Shown one piece after another: positions 37,407 through 51,412 of a stretch of DNA of 64,000 nt. The notes beneath the pieces were generated by a model. The model saw only the letters and a list, made by a program, of their open reading frames with translations. It made no database searches and was not told the origin of the DNA. The stretch's first letter is position 1; each line of letters opens with the position of its first letter. This stretch comes from Lama guanicoe (Eukaryota): positions 4,135,434-4,199,433 of the forward strand of contig MU053994.1 of assembly GCA_013239625.1 (NCBI GenBank), read 5' to 3'. A program made the position numbers and the translations under genes.

Positions 37407-37714
37407 CATGTAATTAAGTTATTTTATTTTATGTTTTGATTCTTATTTTTTATTGTAGTGTAATCAATTTACAATGTCAGTTTCATGTGTATAGCAATGC
37501 AATTCAGTTATACATATACATACATACATAAATATATTTCAGATTCTTTTCCATTATAGCTCATTACAAGATATTGAAATAATTCCCTGTGCTATACAGT
37601 AGGTCTTGTTGTTTGTCTGTTTTATATATAGTAATGTGTCTCTCTTAATCCCAAACTCCTACTCTATTCCTTTCTCTTCCTTTCCCCTCTGGTAACCACA
37701 GTTTGTTTTCTATT
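37407..37714 (-). mobile_element. 5'-truncated L1 3' end
   Basis: ttcagattcttttccattatag, ttccctgtgctatacagtagg, ggtaaccacagtttgttttcta. TSD core CCTCCTGACTT at 37385-37395 and 37715-37725. Confidence 0.88.
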
Positions 37715-38354
37715 CCTCCTGACTTAATTTTGATGAGGCTTTATTCACTCCCTGCAGCAGAGACAGTCTTTATGTTCTCTTTTGAGCTTATGTCAGCCCC
37801 AGTCTTCGAAATTTTTGCCCCATTCTTCCTCCACCACCACCCCGATGTTTCCACCTACATCGGGTACCAGCCAGAGTAAGTTGTTGGGACTAAGGACTCC
37901 TGTGGTGCTGTGTGTTCCTGGGAACTTTGTAGCTCGATGTTCATGTTTATCATATAAATGCTCCTCTGAGTTCTTGTTAGTTTGATGCCTTTTGTTGCCG
38001 GGGGCAGAGGAAATAACATGTGTTTTGATTGATAGCTTTGAGTCATAATGGATAATTGAGGCCGCTTATCCTCATCCAGTTACTGCTACCCAAACAGTAC
38101 AGTTTTGTATGACAAGAATAGCATTCTGTTAAAAGAAAAGGAAACTGGCTATCAGCAGATTACTCTTATAAAGAATCCTTCCAGGTATTTCTTGAAAATG
38201 GCTAAAGTAAGCCTCCACCTTGAAACTTGAGTACACTCTATGCTTAACATTGCTGAAGAATTTAAAACCAGCCAGCCTCTTCTTCTCTTGTGCTGAGAGA
38301 GTTTCATCCTATGTGGAATCAAATAGGGAGGTTGGGGTGCCAAGGGAACCAACA

Positions 38355-38555
38355 CTTACCATATACTCACTGCGTGCCAGGCTCTGAGCCCAGCACTGGA
38401 CCTGATTAGCTTATCTATAATGTTTACAATAACCTTGAGGAGTATGTACTACCATCCTCATACTACAGATTGGAAAACTGAGGCTCAGAGAGGGCTTCAG
38501 AACTACACAGAGATGGTTGATCTAGGATTTGGTCTCAGATCTGTCTGACTCTAAA
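38355..38555 (-). mobile_element. MIR SINE
   Basis: tgtactaccatcctcatactacagattggaaaactgaggctcagaga; tctgtctgactctaa. Confidence 0.75.
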
Positions 38556-38659
38556 GGCTCACTCCTACAGTGCTAAACAGAAGGGTACTGTCAACATTGT
38601 TGACTAGTCAGCATTGTGCTAGTCAACATTGTTGAGGCCAGCTACATGGCAAAGTAATA

Positions 38660-38830
38660 TTAGCTAAAATCTATATAACACTTTGTAAAGTTCCCAAGCA
38701 CTAGTGTAAGTTTTAATTAATTAAATCCTCATAATAACCCTAAGTAGTTATTATTATCATCTCCATTTTACAGACAAGAAAACTGAGGTACATGTTGCTC
38801 AACATCATAGAGCATGTAAGTGACAAAGCC
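38660..38830 (-). mobile_element. MIR SINE
   Basis: aatcctcataataaccct...ccattttacagacaagaaaactgagg. Confidence 0.75.
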
Positions 38831-38919
38831 AGAATGGCTCCATAGTCTCAGTAACACACCTAACTTCCTGTACTTTCCAGTAGGTTTGATTAATTAATCA
38901 GGTCATTAGCAAAACCCTT

Positions 38920-39440
38920 TGCTTCAGCTATCTATTGCTACGTAACAAACTATCCCCAAACTTAGTGGACTGAAAAAAATCATTTTATTTTGTTCATGAT
39001 TTAATAAGTCAGAAATTCAGGAAAGGGTCAGCTGGGCCCTTCCTGAATCCATGCAGCATTAGTTGGGGTGACTGGGGCTAGAACAGTTTCCTAGGTGGCT
39101 TCTTCATATGCATGCTTGGTGCTTTGTGCTTTCTCTCTCTTCCCCCTACCTCCATCTCTCTTCTCACGGGATCTCATCTTCTGTGTGGCCTGGACTGCTC
39201 ACAATGTGGTGGCTGCAGTGTGTTATACTTCTAGCCTGGAGGCTAGCTTCCAAAATGGAGGAAGAAGAATTTGCCAGGCCAACTAATGACTTTGCCTAGA
39301 ATCGGTACAGTGTCACTTCTGCCATATTCTTAAGGTCAAGGCCTTCACAAGGCCTACCCAGATTTAAAAGATCAAGAAATAAACTCCACCTCTTATTGAG
39401 CAAAGTCACATTACAGAAGAGCGTCTGGGATGGGCCAGTT
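38920..39440 (-). mobile_element. MLT1 solo LTR
   Basis: tcagctatctattgctacgtaacaaactatccccaaacttagtgg; gtcacttctgccatattct; actccacctcttattg. Confidence 0.8.
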
Positions 39441-41149
39441 CTGAAAACTCATAGTTTAGAGACTTAGATGTCACAAAGAGAATTAATCTGGTAAAGGGAT
39501 TGCTGTTGACCTCACAGTCCTGTGTCATTTATTTTAGCACTGTAATCTGAGAGAATAGCTTTACATAATATATAAAGGCATGTCTTGTACGTTAAGTCTA
39601 CCACGAAGCAATCCAATGGTGTTTCTTGATTAAATGACATTTTATAATTCTTGATGTTTAAGAAAATTATCCAGCAAGAGAGATCCATTCTTCACCAAGA
39701 TTTGAAATAACTTCCAATAGAATGTAAAATCCATTGAGGGCAGGGACCATAGATGAGACACAGTCTGTTTTATGGAATAAGTATTGTACAGAAGACATAG
39801 ACATAGACCTTTTGTCATCTGGACTGGCAGAACACAGGAAAGTCTATTATCCTGAGCACATATCAGCCATCTCACTATGTGGAGGTGTGCTTATGCCTTC
39901 AAGGATGTTAAAAGCAGATTGTGCCTGCAGTTAGAATGCCTTTGAAAGACTATGCCAATCAAAAGCTGTTAAATTCAGTTCCAGGAGGTATGAGAGCAGG
40001 TCACATGACCCCACTTCAGTACCAACACGCTTCTGCACCACGTGGAATTTTTATTAATGTACAGTAGTGGTTCTGGATTCAAAATGGAGGTGTCTCTGTT
40101 GTATAGAATGCATAACTGGTAATAACATTATCAATCTGTTTTTAAAATGCCATTTGCAAATGTTGTTAGAATTACCAATTATTCATCAAAATAACAACAA
40201 CTTTTCTATGACTGTAGCACGCTGCTATAAGCTACACTAAATTTGCATAATTAACTCTGCTACCATCCCTATTCTTTTATGTGTTCAGTAAATACTTATC
40301 CAATATACCTATACTGTTTGCTACTGTGTGTTGTTACAAAAGACTACAGGAAAACTTGGGATCTGGCTGATTTATCATACCAGGTATCAGTGTTCAAGCT
40401 ATTACGACTGTTGGAGTGATGCATCTTCAGGAATTTTGTAATAGCATTCTCACATACTATGTGAGAACTTTAGCAGCTCACAAAGATCAACAAGTCCATT
40501 TCAGCTGGATTCAGATCTCAACTCACCTCACATGAAGGATAGAAGCATATTTGTTTGTATAAGCCTAAGATGAAAAAGAAAGATCTTTAGCATCTAACCA
40601 GACAAAGTATCTTTGAACAAAACACATTGCCAAGCTTTCTTAGCTACAATGTTTATGTCTTCCATTTACGTTCAAGGATAAGAGTGAGTTTGATGTGATC
40701 ACACGGGCTCTTTGAAAAACAAGGCATTTAAACAGCACTTGCATTCTTTTTTGGCATTTGATGAACTCCTTTGTGTTCTTTCTGAGGGGAAAATTTTGCA
40801 TGATTTGACCTTACCCCATATTATTTCACCAGTTTCATAGCAATCATAATTAGGACCACTTAAACACTTATTCATCAAAGATCAGTTGACGTTTATAATT
40901 TTTGGTTGGAAAATTCTGTTCACCCTGGACTTGGCCATTGTTCTGTGGAGGTCTTGCATTCTTGAATTCTGACTGTAGCCAGGTGCTTTGATGAGGTCTG
41001 ATCCAGAGACCAAAAGATGATAACCTTGTTGAAGAAATTAAGGAAGCCCTTAAAGAAAATTGCAAAACCTGAAGATACCCCTGTGGAAAAGGGAAATGAA
41101 ACGTCAGAATGCCCATGGCTTTATATCACCATACACCCTATTCAATAAA

Positions 41150-41603
41150 TACCTCTTGTAGGTCTAGTGCCCAAGAATTAGACTCTGAGACAGAGATTTG
41201 CATGTAGGCAGTTTACTGGGGGATGCTTTTGGGATTAATAACTATTGGAGAATGGAAGAAGCTGGATTGCGTTGACGGAGCAGGTGAATTGAGAAGCGAT
41301 TACAACAAAGACCTTAGCCAATCCTGTGGGGAGCTGAAGACCTTAGGATGGCCCTGAAGAATTGTTCCAGATTGCATCAAATGGGTCAGGTCTTGATGTA
41401 CCCAAACTGAGCAGTCATCGGATGCCAGTCCCTCACAGGAAGGGGATGTGGCTTTGGGTGAGGCAGCTCTCTTCAGCAGAGGACAAGTTCTAGAGAGGGC
41501 TAATAGCTAAAGGCTTTCAGCTGCCAACACTCTCACAAGCCAAGGGAATGAGCGCTTCAGCCTTCAGGTGGCATCTTAGCAGCACATCACAGCATCCACT
41601 ACA
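41150..41603. mobile_element. ERVL solo LTR (LTR16-like)
   Basis: gactctgagacagagatttgcatgtagg; gccaatcctgtggggagct; gggtgaggcagctctcttcagc; ends cacagcatccactaca. Confidence 0.7.
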
Positions 41604-42074
41604 GTGGTGATAAAATATAAAGCAGGCACTCCTGCACCAATTAAGGACACTTGGGTCTTTCTGGTTCTTAATGTCTACAGAGTGTTTAGGCTACAAATGG
41701 CACTCATTCCTGAGCTCCTTTGTAATATCCTGAAAGAAGACATTTCAGGAGTATCAAGAAGTTGTTGATTTCTCAGCCTATCAGTATCTTTTCATGAATA
41801 TGTATTATTTTTTCTTACAACTCCTGCTTCACCTTAGGGGGATAAAATGCCAGAGAGTTGAGGCATTGATTGCTTTCTACTCAAAAACAATATCATCTGC
41901 ATAACCAAAAGCCCACATGATTGAAAAATAAAAACCTGCTATTATTTCAGAATTCTAACACTTTCTGACAACCTCATTGCCGTGTCTTCACAATTTATAA
42001 TAATCCCCTTCCTGTTTTTTTCTAAGGTAGTCTCATTTATTTATTTGCTTATTGATTTCAATTTATTAGTTAGA

Positions 42075-42295
42075 GAGGGCTGACTGTGTGCTGCCAGGCA
42101 CTGTTCAAAGTGCTTCACAACTATGAATTCACTGGATTCTCACAACAACCCTATGAGTTAGGTAAAATTATTAAAGTCACTTTACAGATGAGCTGACAAG
42201 GCACAGAGAAGGTTAAGTAACTCACACAGCTGGTTAGCAGTAGAGCTGAGTGTTCAGCCCAGGTGGTGTACCTCGAGAGTCCCTGCTCTGCACCC
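42075..42295 (-). mobile_element. MIR SINE
   Basis: tgccaggcactgtt; tctcacaacaaccctatgagttagg; ttttacagatgag; ggttaagtaact. Confidence 0.8.
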
Positions 42296-42571
42296 CTGTG
42301 TTATGCTCCTTTGTGATAGCGAATGCTGGTGCCCTGTGTCTTTTTTTCTTTTAATTTTTCATTTTTATTAGGTAGAATTGTTACAATTTGACTGCACCTA
42401 TACAATATATTGCATATAAATGCATATATACAATATACTGCACCTGTGTCTTCTGATACCCTACATGAAAGATGAAGTGAAATATTGGATGTGAGATCTC
42501 CATTTCTCACCTCTTGGAGCTGATCAAATGATCTGATAATCTCATGGCATCCCAGACAGTTCTGTCTAAAA

Positions 42572-42587
42572 TGTGTATGTGTATGTG

Positions 42588-42619
<32 letters not shown>

Positions 42620-42627
42620 GTGTGTGT
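42572..42627. repeat. (TG)n microsatellite
   Basis: Read directly. Confidence 0.95.
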
Positions 42628-43519
42628 TGGAGGGAAAGTGGTACTGATGATGGTAAAGGTATAAGCAGAAAATATGAATAGAAGAGAAAAGATTTTTGTA
42701 CCTATGAAATTTATGTTATTCTAAGAGGCAATCATCACATTGTTCTGCCAAGATTATATCCTAGAATATCACTAGAAATTGAGAGGACTAGACTGGTGGG
42801 CTAAAATTACTTCCAATGAGAAAAATTTAAGGATGGAAATTTAGAAACCATTCTGTCCAGTCCAAATTAGTTAGGATAGCCTAGCAAAATAATCTACTTT
42901 TCCATGTGAAGTTAACTAAAAAACTTTGGTCAACAACACATAACCACTTTTCCAGACCATGGTAAGAATTTTTTTGCACTATGCTCAATTTCTTTACAAA
43001 ATATCTTGGAGTTTTTCTGATTTCATCTTAAATGTCCAAGACATGCACTGGTTATTGTCACAGATATTGCCAGCTACATTCATTTCTAATGGTGGGACCC
43101 TATTTAGCTCTCTAGTATTACGCTTTTAGGAGAAGCACTTTTTCAGGACTGTCAGCCTCCTAAGATATGGGCAAAAATACATTTTGCTTGAGCTTTCATT
43201 ACCTTATATGCCATTTCCTCCTCAACCCTAAGACCCAGTCTTGCCATATTATTACTGTGGGTGCAGCACAAAATTTGCTTTCAGGCTCTCCATCCTGTCT
43301 GAGCTGCAGATTTGAGATGCAGTAGAAATGGTGCAGATGCTGCTTTGCCCAGACTCTATAATCTCCTCTCTACACTGCAAAACTGACAATGTTGTTTCCT
43401 GCTCCAATGTTTGTGGACAGAGGATCTGGATGGAACATAATCTAAATCAGAAGTATTTCCCACAGGTGGATATGGCAACAAAAGAACCAAGATTGTTGTT
43501 CTGGATCTATTTTCACCTT

Positions 43520-43800
43520 CTCTGTAAGGTCTTTCTTATATTACAAATTGCAACTCCCTTTCTCCCCAGATCTTCCTCTCTCCTTCCCTATAGATCTTTT
43601 CTCCTTAGCACTCATTGTCTTCTGATACACTATATATTTCATTCATTTATTTGGTTTATTATCTGTCTTATCCCACTAGAATGTAAGCTCCATGAAGGTA
43701 GGGAATTTTGTTTTACTCACTGATATATCTGCAGCCCCTAGGAGAATGCCATTGGATATAATAGGTTCTCAATTAATGTGTGTTGAATGAATGAACAAAT
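43520..43800 (+). mobile_element. L2a 3' end
   Basis: ccactagaatgtaagctccatgaaggtaggga...ttttactcactgatatatc; tail tgttgaatgaatgaa. Confidence 0.85.
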
Positions 43801-45751
43801 GCATGCATGAATTAATATTTACATTGCACCAGCTTGACTTTATCATGGTTACCTTATGAATCACATTCCTGTTGTTAATTTGGATTTTGTCATTCTGTAG
43901 CTTTGCTTATTTCATTTGTAAACCTATTTTTGATTTGTATTTGTATAGTAACAGTACATGTGAGCAGATTTTTATGCCTAGCATTAGCTCCCCACATGTT
44001 TGAATAACACAATAAGAAATAAGTTAATATAATGTTTGAAGTCTTTTTTTTCTCCCTTTAAAAGACATGTGTACATTGTTCAAATTTTTAAAATGATATT
44101 GATTAAGAAGATTTCTGGGTAGTGAGAATGTCAGGAGGGGTCCTGTTTGCTGGGGTGCTCTGTGATTCAATCTTTGTATTTGATCTTTCAAGTTCCCCCT
44201 CTCCCCTGCACCCTGCTTTGGGTACAAAAATTGTATAGAAAAAGAAATAGAATGTGGGCTGTTGAATAGCATTTGTTTTTTCACAAAAAAAATAAAGCAC
44301 TATTAGCGAAGCCAGCTCCTCCCCTGCCCATTAGTGTTACTGAAAAATTGCAACAGCTTTAAGAATCCATCTTTTAAATAAGGTCTCATTTCTCTGAAAT
44401 TGTAGCTTGTAAAGCACATTCAGAGGTTTATATGGTAGTGTATATTTTCCCCCTTAAGTTGATGGGTGTAACTATTAGGCAGTTGTTGAAGGCACTAAAA
44501 AATCAATTGTTCTGGGGATGATTTCCCCACCAATTGTTCTATCCAAAAATGTTTTGATGGTGTTAGCTCAGTGCTTCAGATGCTTGCTAAGCTCTTTCTC
44601 TTTTTTGAGCTATTTCTTTGATTATTCTAGAAGGCCCAAGACAGTGCTTTCAAATATAGAAGGAACTCTATAATTTTGATAGTATTTTATAAACAGGCTC
44701 TTCCAGCCATAGTCTTAGAGGCAGGAATAAAACACTCTATTCTGAGGTTTAGAATGCTCCCCCTCGGGCCAGTCCCCAGCCCCGCGTCAATCATGGATAC
44801 CACATACGATAATCCTTAAATCCCTCATTTAGCTACAAAAGAACAACTATTTTGTAGCTTAAGCCTCAGAACTATTTGTAGGAAATCTAACCATCACAAA
44901 ATGGCCGAGAAAAGGGAAAAGAGGATTCTTCAGCCTATATGTAGGAAGTACAGATTACAGATGGGGAAATTCCCCTTTCTCTCTTTCTTCAGAACACACA
45001 AGATATCTATTGCTACTGGATTCTGTGGCTAAAGAAAGCCTGAATAAAACAGTATTCCCTCATGATCCCGACCACTGTACCATATCTTTCTGAGACCAGA
45101 GATTCACCTTTTAATGTATGCATTATCTTACTAGTGCATCAAATGCAGAAAAAAAGTGTTAATTATCATCCATCATCTTCCAGGGCTGTGATATTGGGTA
45201 CCATGTGTCCAGTGGGAGTCTTCCATCTTCTCTTCCTTTATGAGTCCCCCTGGGACAGGTAGCAAGCATAGTTTACTTTTATTAATTCACTTCCCTGTTC
45301 TCAGGGTCTCTCAGAGGGTATGGGATTTGAGAAGTTTTTGCTACATTCAACCCCCAGCCCAGCTGCATCGTTACTGTAACCTTACAATTACTTAGAGCAA
45401 AGGGACACAGGCAACTCAGAACCATCTGTGGAAGTCCTACTATGTGCAAAGCTTTGTGCGAACATTTCTCCTTCAGTGTCTAATGGGCTCTAACATGTGA
45501 ATCACATGTTCTTATTGAACATTCTTGTCATTGAACATTTCCAATGATAATGTCCTAAAAATGCCTTTCCACTTGGCAGTAGTGTTTCGGGATTCTACCA
45601 TGTTGCCCCAAAGGATCTTCATGTTGGCACTAGATCTCCAGCCTGTTCCATCCTCCAGATCCTTTTTATTTTACACAAATACTTCCTAACATTCACCAGA
45701 TGCTCATCTGGTCCCTTAACCAACCCTCTCTAGCCGTGCCTCCTTCTAGGA

Positions 45752-46240
45752 TGCTATATTAATTATCTATTGCTGAATAACAGTATTACCACAAACTTAG
45801 CAGCTTAAAACAACACACACTTTATTAGCTCTCTTTCTATAGATCATGACTTAGTTGGGTCCTGTGCATCATGAAGCCTGGGTGTTGGCCAGGGCTAGGG
45901 TCTCATCTGAAGCTCAGATGGAAAGGCTCTGCTTCTAGCTGCATGTGGTTGTGACAGGATTCTTTTCCTTGGAGGCTGTGAGGCCACCTTTGTGTCTCTG
46001 CCAGGTGGACCTCTCCAACATGGTAGCTTACTTGGTCAAAATCAGGAAAGGAGATAATGTGCTAGGATGATAGAAGTCACAATTGTATGTGGCCTAATCA
46101 TGGAAGTGACAGTCCATCAATTACTCTATTGGTCGGAAGAAATTTGCAGGCCCCTCCTACACTAGAGTGGAGGGGATCACACAAAGGAATATCAGGAGGC
46201 AGGGAAAATAGGGGACCATCCTGGAGTCCATCCATGGCAA
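45752..46240 (-). mobile_element. MLT1 solo LTR
   Basis: attaccacaaacttagcagcttaaaacaacacac; gggtctcatctgaagctc; cctaatcatggaagtgaca. Confidence 0.8.
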
Positions 46241-47658
46241 ATGCTCTGTAACCAAAAATGATTTCTAAAACTTTACTAATGGAAATGAAAAATTAGCACA
46301 TTTATCAAATCAGGCCAGCAGATACTGTTGGTATCTCCTTCATATTTCCCTAGACTCAACCAATTTTAGTACACCCTGGCTTGACTTCCAACTGCTAGCA
46401 TCTGTACCTCTTTGTCTGGGACTTTCTCTCATGATAGGAGTCTGCTCTGTCCAAAGGATACCCTTTCTTCCACCATGATGGACTGCTCTGAAATGCAATA
46501 TTTCCACAAGTTCATACAGCCTTTCTAAAGATGCCTCCTAAGACCAGGCAACTGCCTACACTTCTTACAAAGCTGTACTAGCTTGAAAACATAATCTCTA
46601 ATATTTTTCTCTTTTGTTCCCTACTTCAGTACCCCCTTTCTCCTCACTCCTGATTTCCTGGATTGGCTCTGTCTGATAAAGCCGGCAGATAAGCTTCTGG
46701 CCTAAAACTCTGTTTTCCAGGTAGCTCAGGCTAAGATCTGTAAAATCAAATAGTTCAAATTTGGCATGGATCTAGAATTAAGCATCAGAGGAATGACGAC
46801 ATAATCTTCTTGTCATCCCATTTCCAAACACAGAGCATTTTTCAAATATCCTTCTCCCCTGCCCTAGGAATGTATAGGATTTAAACTCTGCCCTGAGGTT
46901 ACCCTGAAATATGAATACTTCTGTCTCCCTTGGTCCTACTTTCCCATAGCCAAGATAGAACGTGTGTCCTTCCTGAGGCCCCTGTTCCAGTGCCAGGAAG
47001 TATGTTTATTATATACGATTTGCTTTTGACTTACCCTGAGGGCGTTCCTGTTGCTCTTTTGGGGTCACAGTTCACCTTATGAGTTATGAAACCACCAAGG
47101 GAGAAAGAGCAGTTCTAGCCAAGATACAATTTTAAGAAGACACACAAAACAAAATGGAGAAAAAGGGCCCTCAGGCTGCTCAGCACTTCTAAAGTAAAGC
47201 TCCAAAAAAATAAAATAAGCAGGCCACACACAAGGAAGCAGGCAAACTTTGTTTTGCTGAGAGGACTCTTTTCCTTGGGTTAATTCCAAGAGGGAACAGG
47301 CGCTGCGTGAGTCATAGAATAAGTAGGGCAGAGTTTGCCTTTCAGGGAATGCAATAGTGTAGGCGTAGCCGTGGCCCCTGGAGGATGCTCAGCAGGCACG
47401 ACTTCCTGAATCCCAGACTATGTCAGGCAGAAGGCAACACGCAGAATTCTCACGTCCCTGTGAACCCGTTCTGGTTCCGTTCCCATGCCTGCCGCAAACT
47501 GAGTTTTTAGAGGGAGCTTATCGTTCTGTGTGACCTGCCCTCCTACTGAAGAGGTTGGAGGAAGCAGAGTTGGGTCTGTGGTGGAGAAGGGCTCCCCCAA
47601 CCTGGAGCCATGCCAAGCTGTGGGGGCAGACAAAGAAGAAATTTGGGCGATATGAGTT

Positions 47659-47756
47659 TGTTTATTTTTTTTTTAATGGAAGTACTGGGGATTGAACCCA
47701 AAACCTCCTGTGTACTTCTAAGCATGCACTCTACCACTGAGCTACGTCCCCGCCCC
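47659..47756 (-). mobile_element. tRNA-derived SINE (vic-1-like)
   Basis: gtactggggattgaaccc...taagcatgcactctaccactgagcta. TSD GGGYGATRTGAGTT at 47645-47658 and 47759-47772. Confidence 0.9.
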
Positions 47757-48525
47757 TAGGGTGATGTGAGTTGACAGCTGCTCAACGGGATGTCATAGCC
47801 AGGGAATCCAAGTGGATCCTAGGACTAGTGTACACAGCCAAGGGTAAGATGTGCTAGAGAAGGAATTCAAGAAGGAGATGATTGTAAGGGGCAAAGGAAA
47901 TGACCCTGTATAGTACCAGATTGAGAAGGCTGTCCTCCTTGGCTGGGTATTTATGGAACTGGGTCGTTCCATGTGATTCAAAGGACAAGAGGCAGCAGAG
48001 ACACTGCCCTAAAGTCAGTCCATGTGTCGTAGATTTCAATGTGGGAGATAGACTCGCAATCCAATAATTCATGATGTAGTAGTTATTTTACGGCAACTCT
48101 TCCCCCCAGATGCAGCCTTTTCCTTCAAACGGAAGCTGTCAGGGAAGCGTAATAGATAAAACAGGTAAGAGAGAAGCTACTCTTTAAGAATGAGAAAGAA
48201 TAGAGATGGATGGCTTAGGTGTTTCCCCACCCCCTCCAAAAATCCAAGTCCCTTCTATGCCATTTCTAGTGCTCCATGGGCTATAAGAAAAAATTCTATG
48301 CCACCTGAGAGCAGATGGGTGAAGAGATTGGGAAGAAGCACCAGTGGAGGTGGGGGTGGGGTAGACAGTTGAAGCAGGCAGTTCCCATTCTTCCTGCCAC
48401 TGATGAATTTATGAGTAGAATATTCTAGAGTGTGATTTTACCTCCATAATGCCTGTGGAGAACACGTGTGGGTGTTCAGAGCTCCATCATCTTGAATGCT
48501 GTTCTTGAATGGACACTGAGCATCA

Positions 48526-48554
48526 GTGTGTGTGCATGTGTGTGTGTGTGTGTA

Positions 48555-48589
<35 letters not shown>
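48526..48589. repeat. (TG)n microsatellite, imperfect
   Basis: Read directly. Confidence 0.95.
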
Positions 48590-49179
48590 ACCATAAACAG
48601 AAGACCTCTTTCTTCCTTTTTATCCTCCAGAAAAATTACCCAGTACTTCTATACCTCATCAGGACAAGACATTCACAATCATGACCTTTGATCAACACGT
48701 GATCTTACAATTTCTTCTGCATTATCAAAGACTACATTATATTCAAACTGGTTTTAGTGTTAAAAACATCTTTTTTTTAAATGTCACTTCTTTGAAAAAC
48801 TGTCAGTGTCTAAGAGGTATAGTTAGTAACAGTTTTCTAGCTTGTGGACATTTAGTTGCTAATATTTTAGATAGAAGGAAATGCATTAGCCCTTGTTAAA
48901 ACACTACTATTTCACAGCTCCCTCGCCTCCACCAAAATACACCCTCAAACCTTCTGCCCTCTTTGCCTTCCCTACCTGACTTGGCAAAATTTACATCACA
49001 TTTTATTTTGCTTTGTTATTTCGATCATGTTCTTTTTTATCAGTTTTTTTTTTATCCTTTGGGCTTTTTAATTGTGCATTTTCCCCCTTGTTAACAAATA
49101 CAGCACATGTTTTCACCTAAACACCAAGACTACCTACTTCAAAATCATACGCTTTGTTAAAATGAATCCATATGTTTAA

Positions 49180-50150
49180 AGAAATTCTTTATAGAGCCCT
49201 CCTATGGCTGTGTTTAATGATGACCTGTTTCCTTAGAGGCTTGTAGGATTGTCATCCTGTAATTTCTTTTCATTGTGCTTCTTGGCTCTCAAATCTTCCT
49301 AATTTTTCTTTTTCTTTGATTCCTTCTATTTTCGGTTTTGCTGAACCACATTCTCAAGTAACTTTAATTTTTTTCAGAAGTATGTTTGTGTGTAGTTATT
49401 AAACTTCCTCAGTCCTTGCCAGTCTGAAAATGTCTTTATTTAGGATAAAGCATACTGTGTTGAAAAAATGTTCCCTCAGAACTTTGAGACGTGGCCCCAT
49501 TGTCTTCTAACATGTAGTGTTTATAATGTCATCTAACTTTATGGTTTCTTTTTCCATTACCCACTGACTTTTCACCCCTAGAAGCTTTTAGGACCATGCC
49601 TTTATCACTGTTTTTATGAAATTTTAGTTCTATGTCTCAGTGTGAGCTTTTCTGTGCTTATTCTGCTGGACATGTATTAGGCTCCTTAAAGTTGAAGGTA
49701 TTATTTAATTAAACTCTGGGAAGTTTTCTTCTTTAATTTCTCCAGTTATTTCCTTCCCTCCATTTTTCTTGTTCCATCTTTCTGGAACTCAGATGAGATA
49801 TTCAACCTCCAATGTATGACTTTATATATCTCTTAGTTTTCTTTTTCTCTTCTCTTTTTTCCTATGTGTATTTAACAAATTATATTTTATATTGTCATGA
49901 TTGTTTCTTTTTCTTTGCATGCTCTTTTTTTTTATAACAACATATTCTTATTTTACTTATGCAACATTTTCTCAGATCGCTGAGGATTTTAAATAGATTT
50001 GTTTTTAATTTATCTTCTATTCCCTGAATTCTCTCCACTGGTTTTAAAAAAATTATTACATGAGGTTCTTCTTTTGTGAGTTGTTGATTTCTTCAAATGC
50101 CGTGTAATCCTAAATTGTACATTTGAACTTAGAAACACGGGAATAGGTTG
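49180..50150 (-). mobile_element. Ancient L1/HAL1 ORF1-region remnant
   Basis: T-rich. gtctgaaaatgtctttatttt; ttccctcagaactttgag...ccattgtcttcta; ctctgggaagttttctt; tttctggaactc. Confidence 0.6.
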
Positions 50151-51169
50151 ATTTTTTAAAAAAGAAGTTGGTATTGATTTTCTCTGGTGCTGGGTAGGTC
50201 TTTCTCCACATGAAAGAGAAGACACATCATTTGTGGGAGAGCTTTATTTTGGAGGGTGAAGGGACAGGAATAAAGGAGGAGGTTGAACATCTTCCTTAGA
50301 GACAAAACAAAGAGGCCTTTACTGTAGGGCACCCAAGAACCAAAATAGGACTCCAGATCTTTCGATTCCTTTATAGAACCATTCTCCTATTTGAAAGTAG
50401 AGACAGTCTCTTCACAAGAGGGTGTTGGGGTGGAGTACCTGTTATAGCTACTTTTGACATCATATTTCAATTAATCATTCCGAGTTCTACCTCATTTCTC
50501 AATCCAACTTTTTGTACCTATAAGCTTCTAGCTCAGAAACCCTCCACCTTCAGAAGCTGTTCCACTGCCCCTTGCCCTTCTGCCTTCTTCTGTGTTGTGA
50601 GCTGTTGCATTCACAATGATTTCATCTGTCAAAATAACCCCATATGTTTTCAGTCTTCCAGAAATTTGTCAGAATCTCTGGTCAATCCTTGGTCCTTTAT
50701 CCCCCATTTTAGTGCTATTATAAATGTATTCCCTTTTATACTTCTTTACTGTCATTTCAGTGAGGTTTGGGGGAAAAAAAAAAGTAGAACCTGCCATTCC
50801 TGAAGTGGGCTGAATGAATTTTAGATAAACCTCATTCTATTGAAGTCTGCTCCAAGGGAAAGAGAATTACAGAAAGGAGTCAGGCTACTTATGCTAACTA
50901 TGTAGTAGTACCATCTTTCAAATTCTGTTCCCAGAAGATTCCCTGGCATTCTAAATATTAAAATGCTGGTTGGAATACTCTATTCCTAAATTATACATGA
51001 TGCAAATTTAACAGTTGTATGCAAATGCTAATTGTTATTAAGCTACCCATATTGCACTATTAAAATCTGTATTCACGTGTGTACAAAGTTTAGAGTTTAC
51101 AGCGTATTTACATGTATCTCAGTTGAGCATCATTACAAGCCTTTGAAGTAGGTATATCGGTTATACCAG

Positions 51170-51412
51170 CAGCTGCATGGTGGTGAAGACAATTAGACTG
51201 CTTTGTTTCTAGTCTTGGAGTTGCCATTTAACTTGCTGAAAACTATCTTCATCTTCTAGAACCTGCTGAACTTTTCTTTATCCAATTTCTTACCTGTCAG
51301 CTTAGACTGATGTTAGCTCCCTCAAAGGATCACAATAAGAAATGATGATGCCTGTAAACACTTAGAACAGGGCCTGACACATAGTAAATGCTCAAGAAAT
51401 ATTAGCTATTTT
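51170..51412 (+). mobile_element. MIR SINE
   Basis: tgtaaacacttagaacagggcctgacacatagtaaatgctcaagaaatattagctatt. Confidence 0.75.
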
